A stretch of 64,000 nucleotides of DNA, from positions 1,116,001 through 1,180,000 of the forward strand of contig JAYWIR010000001.1 in the NCBI GenBank assembly GCA_036172245.1. Direction: 5' to 3'. Shown piece by piece: positions 1 to 11,951 of the stretch. Made by a program: the position numbers and the translations under genes. Each line of letters starts with the position of its first letter. Position 1 is the first letter of the stretch. The DNA comes from Raillietiella orientalis (Eukaryota). The notes below the pieces were generated by a model. That model did not search any database. It worked only from the letters and a program-made list of their open reading frames with translations, and was not told the DNA's origin.

Positions 1-150
1 GTTTCTCACGTCTGGTCTCCAGGAAGGAAACACCTCGCTGCAGCATAAAGGCCCCTTCACAGTGAAATTTCACGTAATCGCTTTGGGAGCGCAAAATCAA
101 TCCGGGAATGCTCTGAGATTTTGGGTTCTCTGTCCCTAGTTTGGAAGGGA

Positions 151-1212
151 GTTCGGTTCAAGATCCCCAATGCCGAAATCCCGAAAGATCATAAAAAATA
201 CACACATTTGTGCTTATTGTGCATATTAATGCATATATTTGTATGAGGATTAACACACGCATTCATTTCAACATACATATTTTTTAATATAATTAATAAT
301 ATGAATTAATACATTATTAATATTCATAGGGAAGATTGTAAAAAATAAATACATATGCTTCATATATATATATATATATAATATACATATTGAAGATTAT
401 GCAAATAAATGCATATGTTTATTGCATATACATTGATATATATGATAAACAAGTATTAAGTGTATATATTATACTTATATTATATACTTATTATACTTAT
501 ATATATATATAATATGATATATTAAGTGAATATACAAAACATCGATTTTCAAACCCATATTTATCGAACCATCAAAATGCCGAAAATGGAATCGTCAGTT
601 CACAAGGAAGTTCCATTTGTTGCGTGTTGGAAATGACAGGAAAGGAATACCAAATTTCTTTTTGTGTGTTGCTTTTTTATTTTTTTTCATTGTCACCACT
701 GTTTTTTATTTTTAACAATTCTATATTTATATATACACTTAATACTTGTTTATCATACATATGAATATATATGCAATAAACATATGCATTTATTTGCATA
801 ATCTTCAATATGTACATTAATAATATATTACTAATATTAATTATATAATCAGTGTGCATGGTAATAAATATCGACAAATACATGTGTTAAAATAATATTC
901 ATAATATGGATGTTAATAAACATTAATGAACATGTGTGTCAAAATAAATTTGCATGTTAATCTACACATAAATACACATGTATCCATACACACAATTAGT
1001 ATATATTGCTATTTTTACCATCTTTAAAACATACATTAATCTATATATAAATACATACATATACTAATATAAATAACAAGCATATGTATTTATTTTTATA
1101 ATTTTATAATACATATTAATCTATGTACCATGTATACATATAAAATAATATGTATAATAGTAATTTTTTATGACCTTTCGAGATTTCGATCTCGAGATTT
1201 TGATCGGCACCG
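151..1212. mobile_element. AT-rich non-autonomous TIR element (MITE), family A copy 1
   Basis: Left end CCGAAATCCCGAAAGATCATAAAAAA (173-198) and right end TTTTTTATGACCTTTCGAGATTTCG...GATTTTGATCGGCAC (1164-1210) are imperfect inverted repeats. The interior is TA-rich and shares a core (AAATGCCGAAA...GTTGGAAATRACAGGAAA...ATACCAAATTTCTTTTT, ~574-663) with 3229-3325. Confidence 0.75.
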
Positions 1213-1414
1213 GTTTCGGGGCTGCCATCTTATGGAACTAAAAATTTAATCTCTTCACTCAGAAGTTCTTAACATACATGTACAAATCCATGCATTATTA
1301 TTTGATAGGGTACTTACTAACATAATAATGAAAGCATGTCAAAACGAATTAGAAAAAAACATTGCTATTCATGAAAATCCTAAAGAAGGCTAGAGTAGTT
1401 TCGTGCTAATCATA

Positions 1415-2880
1415 CTATATCAATGATCCTGACGAAGTTTGATTTCTAGAGCGCGAAGCGAAAGCTTTTCGACTAGATTGGAGCACGAAACCGAATATTT
1501 CCCCATCTTTTCGGATTGGAATTAGAAAGAATGGAGAGGGAATGGGCAAGAATCGAGTCGTGGGAACCCTGATTCGGTAGTGCAGACTGAAGCGGCACGC
1601 CAAAAAACGTCAGTCGGAAGTGATCTCCAGAAGACATGAAGAACCATTTTGTTTCGGCAAGTGCCGCTCGATTCAAAGCTTGCAGAAGATCCCTCGTGCT
1701 TCTTAGCTGAAACTGCACAGCGACAAGGACTTCCTGCTTTTTTTAAAATGATGGTCTCATCCCTGGGATTCGTGAGACAAATCAGCATGTTCCGCTCCCG
1801 TTGAGCTCGGAACGAATCATGTTTTTCAAAAAAAAAAAACAAAAAACGGATCCACGCAAGCTCCTGCTCTTTCAGGTTCATTTGTTTACTTATCCTGTAG
1901 CAGGGGAATGCTACAGGATGAGTACAGAGCGGGAGCTCCTTGGAGAGACAGACTTCGAATCGGTGCGCCGAAGGCGGCGGTCGTCTGAGGTCCTGCGCTT
2001 CTCCTCCTGGGTCTGACCAAGGCGAGTGGCGGCAGTTCCTCTGCGATTCCCCACGTGCAGCAGCAGCAGCAGCGTCGAAATCGATGTCCTTCCCGCTCCC
2101 CCAGTCGCTCCTTCCCACGCTCCCCACGACCCGCTAGAATTCTTCATTTATCCTCCTCCCTCGCCTCGATGTCCATTTTTCTCTCCGATTAATCTGCTTC
2201 CCCGGCTACGTGGTTCTCGGCTTCTTGCTAAGGGGATTTCGGATCACGTTTCCCGCCGATCGGCTCAGCCCCGATGGCTCCGCACAGCGGCCGACGTGGC
2301 GCAGTCACCGCCGCTCCCTTTGCTCGATATGGCGACGCGCGCTCCCCGAAACGAGTTCGTCGGGATCGCCATCTTCCCACAGGAAGGTATGCGGTGAGCC
2401 TCGCATCCTCGAAACAAGAGAGGGAGAGGGGGGAGGGGGATGAGCGTGTACACACGAGTGTGTGTATTGCTGTGTGCACCAAGTCCATGAAGCCGGGAAG
2501 GTGCACCCCGAAAACGGCCCACTCCCGTAATAAACGCGGGACGGGGATACGTGCACACCCGAATTCTGGTTCACGAAGCGACGTCGAAAAGAAGGGACAA
2601 GGGTAGCTGAAGGGGGCACCGCTCTCTTCGCCGGCCTCCTCCTCCCTTCAACTCCTCCCGTGGCTTCCGAATGCCGTGCCGCTGACGGCGGTGACCCATT
2701 CCGTTTCACTTTCCGGGAATGCTGCCGCGGGCGTTCCATAGCTTTGCTGGTGACGCTCTGCCAGCTGGTGGGGAACTTTCTGCCTCCTCAGCGCTCCATC
2801 ATCTCTCGGATTTCAGAGATCCTCCTACGACTGCTTCTAAGGCAATGAGCGGTGAGGAGCCAATCCTTGATACTCGCTCT
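1415..2880 (-). mobile_element. Decayed L1/Tx1-like LINE 5' part (ORF1 knuckle region and APE endonuclease remnant)
   Basis: Minus-strand fragments LPTDVFWR...T...PRLD resemble the APE 'L.D.WR...SR(L/I)D' motif. RVYYGSGPFSGCTF.../MDLVHTA resembles the ORF1 'Y.GQ..C..C...H' knuckle. Frameshifted throughout. Confidence 0.45.
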
Positions 2881-2890
2881 CCTCCGGGTC

Positions 2891-3601
2891 TGGTTCAAAA
2901 TCCCGAAAGATCATAAAAAAAATAAATACGTGTAGAGTGGTATGTAGATGAATACATATTAGGAATATTATTTAAAAAATTATATGCGCGTGCTGTGTGT
3001 ATTAAGATATATATATTAACACATAGATTAATAATTTGACATGCGTAATTATTAACATTTATTAACGCACATATTATTAATATAAGTAATAATATGTGTT
3101 CATATATATTATAAATATATGTGTTAAAGATTATATATGTATGTGTTTATTGTATATATGTATATATACGTATATATGCAAAAAATGAATGGACAAATAT
3201 CGACTCGTACGCATTTATCGAACGATCGAAATGCCGAAACGAGAATTCGTCAATTGTTAAGCGAGTTTTATTTGTTGCTCGTTGGAAATAACAGGAAAAG
3301 GAAATACCAAATTTCTTTTTTTTTTCATTTCTTTGCCTTTTTATTTTTTAACACCGTTTTTAATTGTCAACATTATTTCTTATTTTTAATAAATCGATAT
3401 TTATATGTACACTTTCCTTATTATATAAACATATATTAATGTGTACAAGAAGCACATAAATGTATTATTCATAATCTTTAATATATAAATACATTAATAT
3501 ATATATTAATGATATATCGATGCATATTATCAATATTATATTAGGAATATGCATGATAATACGTATGTATGTTAGAATAAATCTATATATTAATCTACGT
3601 T

Positions 3602-3643
<42 letters not shown>

Positions 3644-3757
3644 ATAAGCATATACATTTATTTTTTATCATCTTTATAACATATATCAATGTATATATAA
3701 ATATATATAATAAACATATATATTCACTTTTATGATCTTGCGGGATTTTGATCGGCA
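2891..3757. mobile_element. AT-rich MITE, family A copy 2
   Basis: Termini TCAAAATCCCGAAAGATCATAAAA and TTTTATGATCTTGCGGGATTTTGATCGGCA are inverted repeats. Same internal core as copy 1; contains (CT)n and (TA)n microsatellites at ~3603-3642. Confidence 0.8.
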
Positions 3758-4699
3758 TCTCAAAAAATTATCTTCAGTGAAGTCCAAAGTTTCTGGAAAT
3801 AATTCTGACTCATAGGAAAGGAGTCCATCTGTCAAGTTCGTTGGTTCCATAGGTTTCCATAGGACCTGATCCGCAGCTCGTCTGTTCTTGATAATCCGTT
3901 TCTTTTTTTCCGTAAGCTCACTGGAATTCTTGGTCTTTGACGTTTCAGAAATTCATCTTATTATATTTCAAACAGCCCTATCTCATGGAATCATCGAGTC
4001 TTTCCTTGAGACCACGTTAGCACGCCATTAGTTTGATGGTTTGTCGATTTCTATGTTTCTATGCGCATCCTACCTGTTGAAATCTTCTCCCTAAGGATGA
4101 TGGCTTCGTGGCTTCTGTGTCAACCCACGCATCTCCGGTTCCCATGAATGAGGGCATCTCCAGCGCATTTTCGCTAAATTCTTTTATCGATCGCCTTTCT
4201 TCATTCTACTTCAAGATCGGCTAATCGAATGCTCCGAGTGACTAACAAGCTTTAAAGATGTCCATCGCTTCTTTATCCAGGTCGAACCAATTCATCTGTA
4301 TTTTCTGGAAGATATTCGAACCTGGGAGCTTGGAAAAATTCGTTTAAACTGATCTAATAGCAGGAAGCTATCAAGAACAATTCCGGCTTTGCATGAGGTA
4401 GACTTTGGAGCACACTGTTTCCCAACTAGAGAGAAACAAGAAGAACATTCCCTTCTTAAATAGGTGTGCTTACCCATGCATCGTCACTGAGCACAATAAC
4501 TTTCAAATTTTTGTGGCTTTTCCAGATCTTTTAATTCTGCGGTTGAGAGATCTCAAAGGCTAGCAAAGAAGCTTCAGCCTACAACTTCTTCCACTTGGAA
4601 ACCGAACTAGCCCTTCCTCCTCAGCTCCAAAACCCAATCTTTCCTTGTTCAGATATAGCGCAGATATAGTCTGTTATCCCATTTGTGTAGAAGTAGTGG

Positions 4700-4933
4700 T
4701 AGTTGTTTTTTTTATAATCTCCATAATATAAATGAATCTGTATATTAGTAGTGTATAATGAACATGTTATTGATTCCATTAATAATATGTGTGTAAATAG
4801 ATGTTAATAGAGATTACATTATTATAATTCATATACATAATTATAATATGCAGTTAAGTACATATATTTGTTTTTTATGATGTTTCGGAAATTTTATCGT
4901 CTGGGATTTCTGCGTGCGGGATGTTGATCGGCA
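4700..4933. mobile_element. Partial family A MITE (right end only)
   Basis: AT-rich tract ending TTTTTTATGATGTTTCGGAAATTTT...CGGGATGTTGATCGGCA, similar to the right ends of copies 1 and 2. Confidence 0.6.
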
Positions 4934-6674
4934 GCTGCTAAATTTGCTCGCTATGAAGACTTGTTGGATTTTGTGTTAAGAGATGGCGTCAGCGTCCGCC
5001 GACATGGTCCAAACATCACAAACTTTCGTTCGCGTTGATGAGTTCGAGTTTCGAGATATCACAGCAGATGGTACTGTCAACAAAATTCAGCACGGTTTTG
5101 AAGCGACTCTGGACTTCACCAGAATGAGCTCCTTCATCAAAAACTTGAGAAACCCGAGTCACGCCACCAGAGGGGTTGCCATGTCGAAAACTTCCCAGAA
5201 AGTGACCAAGAATATCACTTCCTGAAGATCCACACCTGGGACGCACGAAAGCAGCATGCTTCCAAAATAAGCAGCCGACTTCCTAGAGATGAAACCAACC
5301 AATCAGTTCCCATGTGATCTCCGAACAAAGCCTTGAAATGTTTTCCACGCTTGTTCTTGTTCTCCAATTTGTTCACATACACATTATACGTATTACTGTT
5401 GTTCTGCATACGTATTCTTGTTCTTGTCCCGCATCAAAACGCGTAACTGGAGGGTTTGCAAGCTGCTTTGAATTCAAGTGCACGATCCCCTACGAAATGG
5501 TCTCTCCAGTGATGACAATTCACACGAGGCGGGAACAGCCATTATGAGCCTTCATGTCCAGAAATCCCTTGATAAGTTGCAGTTCATTATCGCTCGACAT
5601 GCTCTCTCACAGGGTCTATTTTCAGCGACAGACTTCCGAAAGCTTGGGAGTGCCGCAGCAATCAGTTCTTTTAGATGTCTTCAACGCTGTTGCAAGGATC
5701 CTGGTCGACTCTTTTGCATGGTTCGTTCGGTCTCACAGCCTGTCATTTTCCTTGTGGAACAGACTGCGACTGTTCCGCAAATCCTAAGCAGTTCCAAAAG
5801 AGTCTCTCTCGGGATTCGCTGATTTCCAGCAACAGTATCCCTTCGTGTCCTCGGTTCTTTCACAGAGTTTTGGCTTTGAGCTGCCTCCATTCCAAAGTGG
5901 CACTGCGCGTATCCTCTGCTGCAAGCATTGCCCTTTGTAGTTTCCTCTTTCATTGAGGGATTCAGATTCTAAGAGCGGACGAAGAGCTGCTTGGGTGGCT
6001 TTTCTTTCTGTGTCCTGGAGTTATCTCAGTTCAGCGTTGTCAAATAATTAACCCCTTTCCTGTTGTTTAAACTGAAACTTTATCTTCAGGACGGACAAGT
6101 CTGGAAAATCAACTTTTTTCCCTTCCTGAAGTGAAGAATGAGTAACATCTCAGGAATTTGCAATCTGAAGCAATCAGAGAGCAAGGAGGAGAGAGGGATG
6201 GTGAAGAATCGTCGATATCCGTTAAGAATGTTGCTAGAGATACCACAAGAGAGTGTTTTAAAAGAAAACGTCGCTTACCGCGGAGAACAAACGTCTGACA
6301 TGAGAGCAGTGGCTGCAGACCCATGGCATGTGCGAGACTTGAAACAAAAACTCATTTGGCAAGCCCAACATCTTGAAAATCGTCGGCAACGCACAGAGAA
6401 GCGCTTCGTGTGCGTCTTGAACTCGAAGAACTTCAGTGTCATACTAGAAAGCAGTGCGGAGCTAATCCCTGCAGACAAGGAGGGATGCTCCAATTCAAGC
6501 ACACCCAACTATTAGAAAAATTCCATTTCCTTTGTTCTTCCTGCACTTTGTCGCTTTTACATTCATTCCAAGGAATTCGTGATCTTACTTTGTGCATTTG
6601 TAGAATTTACACCTCTACATCTTTGCAGATACATTTTCGTAGCGAGCGATTTCGCTTCATTCGAAAAGAGATAG

Positions 6675-6748
6675 AAAGATTTTAGCTTTGAGCTTTTCTT
6701 CTTATGCTTCAGTTGATGATGGCGTGCACGCATTCCTGCCTCCGGTTC
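6675..6748 (+). repeat. 74-bp direct repeat, left copy (apparent target-site duplication)
   Basis: AAAGATTTTAGCTTTGAGCTTTTCTTCTTATGCTTCAGTTGATGATGGCGTGCACGCATTCCTGCCTCCGGTTC matches 7334-7407 with about 5 mismatches. Confidence 0.92.
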
Positions 6749-7333
6749 CCCTTGTACATCGCTAGGCATGATGCAATCTTGCTGAGATTGCTAGCCGCCA
6801 CAACAGTAGGAGGATGCAAGCTGAAATCTAAGGATCAACAGGTCCCTGGAGTAGACTCCCTGCTAAGGCCTGATCTGGTACACGAGGAGCGTGGAAAATG
6901 GATCATTGTGGACGTCACTTGTCTGTTTGAAAACGGAGATGCTTTCACGAAAGCACGTCAAGAAAAAGAAGAAAAGTACGAATATCTAATCCACAAGATT
7001 AACCAGGCAGGCAGAACAGCTATCGTGCAAGCCTTCATCGTGGGTGTACTAGGATCTCGGGATCCCAAGAACGACGCCGTGTTGCGAACATTAGGAATCT
7101 ACAAGAGCAGCGCAAGCAAGATAAGGAAACTGGCCGCATCCTCTTGCATACGGTCCAGCAGAGACATCTACTGGATGCACAGACTGGGGCGCCTATCGTA
7201 CGATGCGAGCGACCCCATGGAGTACGGGCTGGGACAGGATACCTCTCCAGCCAATCCGCAGTAAGTCGAGCAACGGATAAGAAATAACGTAGTAAAAACA
7301 GGATGATCAGGCAGAGCTATCGGCAGTGATAAA
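6749..7333 (+). mobile_element. 5'-truncated site-specific non-LTR retrotransposon (NeSL/Utopia-like, R2 group): restriction-like endonuclease domain and 3' UTR
   Basis: Open frame to stop 7264 with RHDAIL, LRPDLV, IIVDVTCLFENG, AR..K..KY, FIVGVLGSRDPKND and SRDIY motifs, i.e. a PD-(D/E)xK RLE of NeSL/Utopia type. Followed by a short 3' UTR ending in an A-run. Confidence 0.88.
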
Positions 7334-7407
7334 AAAGATTTTAGCTTTTAGCTTTTCTTCTTGTGCTTCAAGTGATGTTGGCGTGCACGCATTCCTGCCT
7401 CCGGTTC
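7334..7407 (+). repeat. 74-bp direct repeat, right copy
   Basis: Matches 6675-6748. Confidence 0.92.
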
Positions 7408-7559
7408 GCCGTCTAGCAGTTCTGTAAACGCATCTCTACATTAAAGAAAAGGAACTTCAAAGACCATCTGTTCTTCGACAAGACAAACGTTTCATCGAGA
7501 GAGATGCGCTTCTGTCCTTTTTTTCATGGTCAATCGGAATCCAAAAGCAGAAAACTCGA

Positions 7560-8730
7560 CCGAAAACGACAGCTACCTCTGACTGTGAGCGGACATCGCA
7601 GGATGAATGGCATTCCATCATTCCGTTAAGAATAAGAGAATCCTAGCAACAGGTTGAATTCGATTTTCTTGACGTGTACTCGAACGCCTGCCTGCGAGGA
7701 GGCAGACTCGCTCGAAAGCCGCTGCAGGAGATCGTGTGCAATCTTCGATATCTAATGTGGGCTTCGTCCACCCCCCTTGCTCCAGTGCTGCCCCTCTTGA
7801 AAGACTCGAAGGACAGCGACCTTCCGGCAAGGAGGGAGGTGTCCTGCTGCATCGAAGGCAGGAAGAAACTTCTATGCGCGTGGACAACTCGTCAGCTCAC
7901 GGGCGCTGCAACCCCGAGTGTCTCGCCGAAAGGAATTCTACGCTGAGGCGAGCTGCTCGCTGAAGTGGTAAAGTGGCCCCCAGCGTGCTGGAACAGTGTC
8001 GGCTTCTCCTCGAGTGGCAGGAGCTGGCGCTGATGGTGTTGCATTGGGGAATCTCGTGCGAAGCACCCCTCCATCATTGGATACGGGGGGGCTGGGTACT
8101 GAGTGGGACAGGTGCAGGAAGAAGGTGGCCTTCCCTCACCTTCTGCTAGACTGTACCTCCCCTCCGTCCCCTTTGGCATGTGGGATTGACTCGCGGCCAT
8201 CCTATGATCCCCGGTGGTGGGATCGCTTCTCGACGACCCTAGGAATCTCGCTGGGCGACCGCAGGGACATTTTGTAACTTGGGGTCTTCGTGTGTGCCGC
8301 ACTGCTGCCAGCCGTGTTCCTCGCAGCTCTCTGCTGTTCTCGCGGGATCACGGCGACGTGGAAGGCCAGAAGAAGAAGCCGAGGTATCAGGGATGCCATC
8401 CACTGGGCGCGGATCTTCTTGAAGACCGCCTCGAGATGGACCCACCTGGACGAGATACGGATAGAACTTGCCAGCATCCTGAGCAGGATGCAGAGGACGT
8501 CCCTCAACGAGGTGTGATCCCCTCCCCAGTGAAAATTGTCCTCCCGTTTTTCTTTTTTTGTCTGTTTTTTTCCAGTTTTCTCTTCCCCGTCGCTGTGGAA
8601 ACGGACCTCGCCGTCTACGTGCCGGTCGTGGCAAACAGGTGTTTCACAACGCTCGAACACTTCTAATGAACTTTTCTTATTATTTTGTTTAATTATAAAT
8701 GCCCCTCAGGCAAAACTGGGTGGAAATCCT
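7560..8730 (+). mobile_element. L1/Tx1-like LINE 3' end (C-terminal zinc finger, ORF2 end, 3' UTR)
   Basis: DRC....FPHLLLDC (~8105-8155); ORF end ...IELASILSRMQRTSLNEV* at 8517; T-rich UTR ending ATAAATGCCCC (~8696-8705), which is shared with other copies. Confidence 0.7.
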
Positions 8731-9424
8731 GGTCGCGCCAGTGTCGTGCACGGCTGGAGAGTGTGGTTGACCGCGCTTGAACGCAGCGGCGAAGGCTCTC
8801 TGTGTGCAGTGTCCAGGCTGCAACGAAGAGCTATCGGGAGACCCGCGGTTTCCTCTCGCCGTTCCCTCATCTATCTACTCATGCGTTTCCTCTTTTCTTC
8901 CCGATCCATAATTTCCCTCTATTGTTTCTTTAAGATTTTGTCCCTTCCCCCCCTTCTTATGTCGAAAACAGCAATGAAATCCCAGCCTGCCTGGGCAGAA
9001 AAAAAATCTCCAGGGAACGGGGTCGAGCACGCGACGACGCCATTTTCTGAGTTGGTTTGGATTTGAACATTTCATCTTCCGGTCTTTCATGACCAAGGGG
9101 TACATAGGGGCAGGTTGTAGCTTGAGCAGATTGCGCCACCAACCACGCACATGAGGCTTCACGCAAGCGCGAATCCCCCCGCTGAGAAATGAGCGAGGGA
9201 CAGCTGCGTCGAGTTATTAGAGAATCGTCTAAAAAAAAAAAAAAAAAAATTTTTTTGAATAAAAGATAAAAGGACTGCGCCACACGAAGCGTCCAGTCGA
9301 AGTGCTGGAAAAAAAAAAAGCAAAACGCTGAGTGGCTCCGTCCGATGTGAAGCATTCGACTGGGTTGGTGTGCTGCTCGGTGGACCTTCTCGGTCTCCGT
9401 TCGCATGTCCGAAAAGCCCTTCCG

Positions 9425-9560
9425 TGCAGCCGCACGGCCCGTGTTGGCGGCTGAGTGGCTGCGGTCTCTCCTTGAGTGGCACCTGACGTCGCGGGTTCGA
9501 ATCCCACCTGGGGAAGGATCGATGCCAGAGAAATGGGCACGTCGTATGTTTCGATTTCCC
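9425..9560 (+). mobile_element. tRNA-derived SINE-like repeat, copy A
   Basis: A-box-like TGGCGGCTGAGTGG and B box GGTTCGAATCCC (9494-9505). No closed cloverleaf; homologous to 14181-14290 (-) and 56685-56820. Confidence 0.65.
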
Positions 9561-9599
9561 TCCCTCCCTCAGCAGGATGACGCGGATTGAACTACGGGC

Positions 9600-10200
9600 T
9601 TCCATTGCGGCCGCTGGTTGATACCAGGTCACTCTGGAGCGTTCATTTCTAAACTTAGATGTCTGTGGCAGGACGTTTGATCCTGCCACGTTACCTATGG
9701 ATACGCAAAGAAACCTAACGGGAACTGGCACGCAGGCCAGAAGGGTTCGTCTCGGCAGCACAGCAGGAAGGGAGACAAGCAAAAAGAAAAACAAACAAAA
9801 CAAAAAATGCAGTCAAAAAATGGGGGAGAGGGGGACTGGAAAAGGGATCACTGTGTGCTGGAGGGTGTCCTCTGTATCCTTGTAAGGATGCCGGCAAATT
9901 CCTGTTTTATGGTTCCCAGATCTGCAGATGCCGGCATCTTGACGCTATCCTCATGAAGAGGACAGAAAAATTGATGGCGTCCCTGTCGTTGTGACCTCCT
10001 CTGGCGTTGCTCCATGCAGCCACGATCCCGCGTAGGCAGTATAGTCCTGCTAGGGATTGCGGCCATTGTGGAAACCGGATGCCCCGTTGACCGGGCGGGA
10101 TTGGAAGTTGACTCCTCCAGATCAACGGACTTCTCCCTCCGGAACCTTCCTGGATTCATGGGTGGTCCCTCCGGGGTCCCTCCAGGAACCAGGAAGCCGC
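9600..10200 (-). mobile_element. L1/Tx1-like LINE 3' end
   Basis: Minus ORF ends ...IKQEFAGILTRIQRTPSSTQ* at 9848, homologous to the ORF ending at 8517, followed by the same pyrimidine-rich UTR. Confidence 0.7.
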
Positions 10201-10259
10201 CGGTTCCCCTCCGGTTGCGAGAATGGAGCCTTTATGGGTGCCTCTCCAGAGTGTTAAGA

Positions 10260-11170
10260 AGCGCGCTACTCCCTTAGGGATTCTCTTCAGAGGGGGAGGA
10301 AACAAGGAAGTGGGTGCCCTCCGAAGGACCCTGTGGAGACAATAAGGAAGAAGTTCATTTCGAAGACGACCACAGCAAAAGCTTCACTTCAAAGTTTTCC
10401 CTCTTAAGCATGAGGGGAACGGACTCCGTCCTCTGGAGCGGTTCCTGGATTCCATAAGGTGGTTCCTGTGGGGTTACCCCCACAACTGGAAGAGTTGCGC
10501 TCACCCTCGGGTGACGTGGACGAGTGTGAAAATGCGCCCCCTAAAGAAATGAACGCCTTCTTTAGTGCTCCCGGAGGACCAAAAATTGAACTACGAATCC
10601 CTTTTAGAATCTCTTGCACAGTACCTTCATTCTTACACTTCAGCGAAGGACCTCTTTCATTGCTGCCGCACTCCCAGTGCTCCACGACAAGTTTCGGCAT
10701 CCCGCCGAGGCAGCTCGCCTCCCTTCTGGAAGCTCATTCGTGGATCTCCTGTTGCCCGACGAGCTTTAACGCATGACGGCAGGAGACGTTATAGTCCTGG
10801 ATGACGCATCAGGAAGTCCCCCTTGTGGAACTTCGTTGCGCGCATCTTTCCCCTTACTGCCCGGTGGAGAATATGCTGTAGACAAGTGGACTCGCCAGGC
10901 CGCTGCCCTTTGCAGGACTTTATTCTGCATGCCTTCAGATCGGTTCGGAGTGTCGTTCGCCTGGAAGATGATTGATTTGGTTTCAAAATCGGGCGGCTAC
11001 TGCTTCATTTCATCAGGCGATACGACGCAACCGACCTTGCAGCGGAAACTCACCTTTTTTTTTCCCCCTCGTTCTTTTTCATCTTCTTCGAACCGTAGGA
11101 TGCAGATGCAGTCAATTCGAATAAGCGCACACGCAGAATCCACTGCACACCAGAGCGGAACGTTTGTCCC
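10260..11170 (-). mobile_element. Possible LINE ORF1 remnant
   Basis: Degenerate Cys-rich knuckle-like fragments (WECGSNE...KCKNEG) embedded among LINE pieces. Confidence 0.3.
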
Positions 11171-11174
11171 CCGG

Positions 11175-11950
11175 ATTTGCAGGGGCATTTATTATTAAAA
11201 AAAATTATGATAAAAGTCGTCAAAATTATAAGTTCGTGGTAGAACACTTGGTTCTACCACGCTCTGAGGACTTGCCAAAAACCGGTACGCAGATCGGCGA
11301 GGTCTGCTATAACAGCGAAAAAGAAGAGAACCTCCCCTAACCCAAAAAAAAGACGAAAAAAGAAAGGGTGGGGGAAGTTTTGGGGAGAAAGGGGGGGGAA
11401 GGCGGGGAAGAGATCACGCTTCGCCTGGAGACGTCCTCTGTATCCTGTACGGGATGCTGAGAAGTGATGTTTTTACATTCCCTGCATTTTGGCCTCTTCT
11501 TGTCGTGCTCCGGCATGCCACGATTCCGCGGATGCAGCAGAGAACTACTAAGGACGGGCTGGCGGCAGAGCGACATGCACGAAGAACCGCCTCCTGGGAT
11601 TCCTAGAATCGTCGTCAGACAATCTCAAAGAGGTCGGAAGGGCACAGTCCATCAAAAGGTGTAGGAAGGTCTCTCTCGCGCCGCACCTTCCACAAAGGGC
11701 ATCCACACTTCCTCGTGTCCAATGAGAGAGGCGTGCTCTGCATGGGATTCCTCAATGCAACACCAGCAACGCCATTTCTTGCCACTTGAGGGGAGGCTGC
11801 CACTGCCGCATCACGCTGGAGCCTGGAACATAAGGCTGCTGCCTGCCAGATGAAGTGCTCCTTCCTGTAGGGAAGGATCAGCTGCAATTTTTCAATGGAA
11901 ACAGTAGGGGTTTGCTCGCGTCGTTTTAGGAGATGGAAAACACGCAGACA
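11175..11950 (-). mobile_element. L1/Tx1-like LINE 3' end
   Basis: The reverse complement of 11180-11460 matches the 8470-8705 ORF end and UTR (GACCTCGCCG, CCGGT..TGGCAA, AATAAATGCCCC). Confidence 0.7.
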
Positions 11951-11951
11951 G

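Larger units (their letters stand above)
3780..7500 (-). mobile_element. Highly decayed BEL/Pao LTR retrotransposon pol (RT/RNaseH/integrase remnants), interrupted by later insertions
   Basis: Minus-strand motifs occur in BEL order: LATKMY (~6650, YVDD region), LGV (~6505), TKR...IFKMLGL (~6400-6360, 'TKR...IFDPLG'), DHMGTDWLVSSLGSRLLIL (~5320-5260, integrase Zn-binding H.G....L..LR..WI). Many stops and frameshifts. Confidence 0.5.

Noticed and set aside
677..3758. I/Y/M-rich ORFs (677-883, 3137-3439, 3465-3758)
   Set aside because: Translation artefacts of TA-rich MITE interiors.
9436..9515. Functional tRNA gene
   Set aside because: Acceptor and anticodon stems do not pair; diverged relatives indicate a SINE-like repeat.
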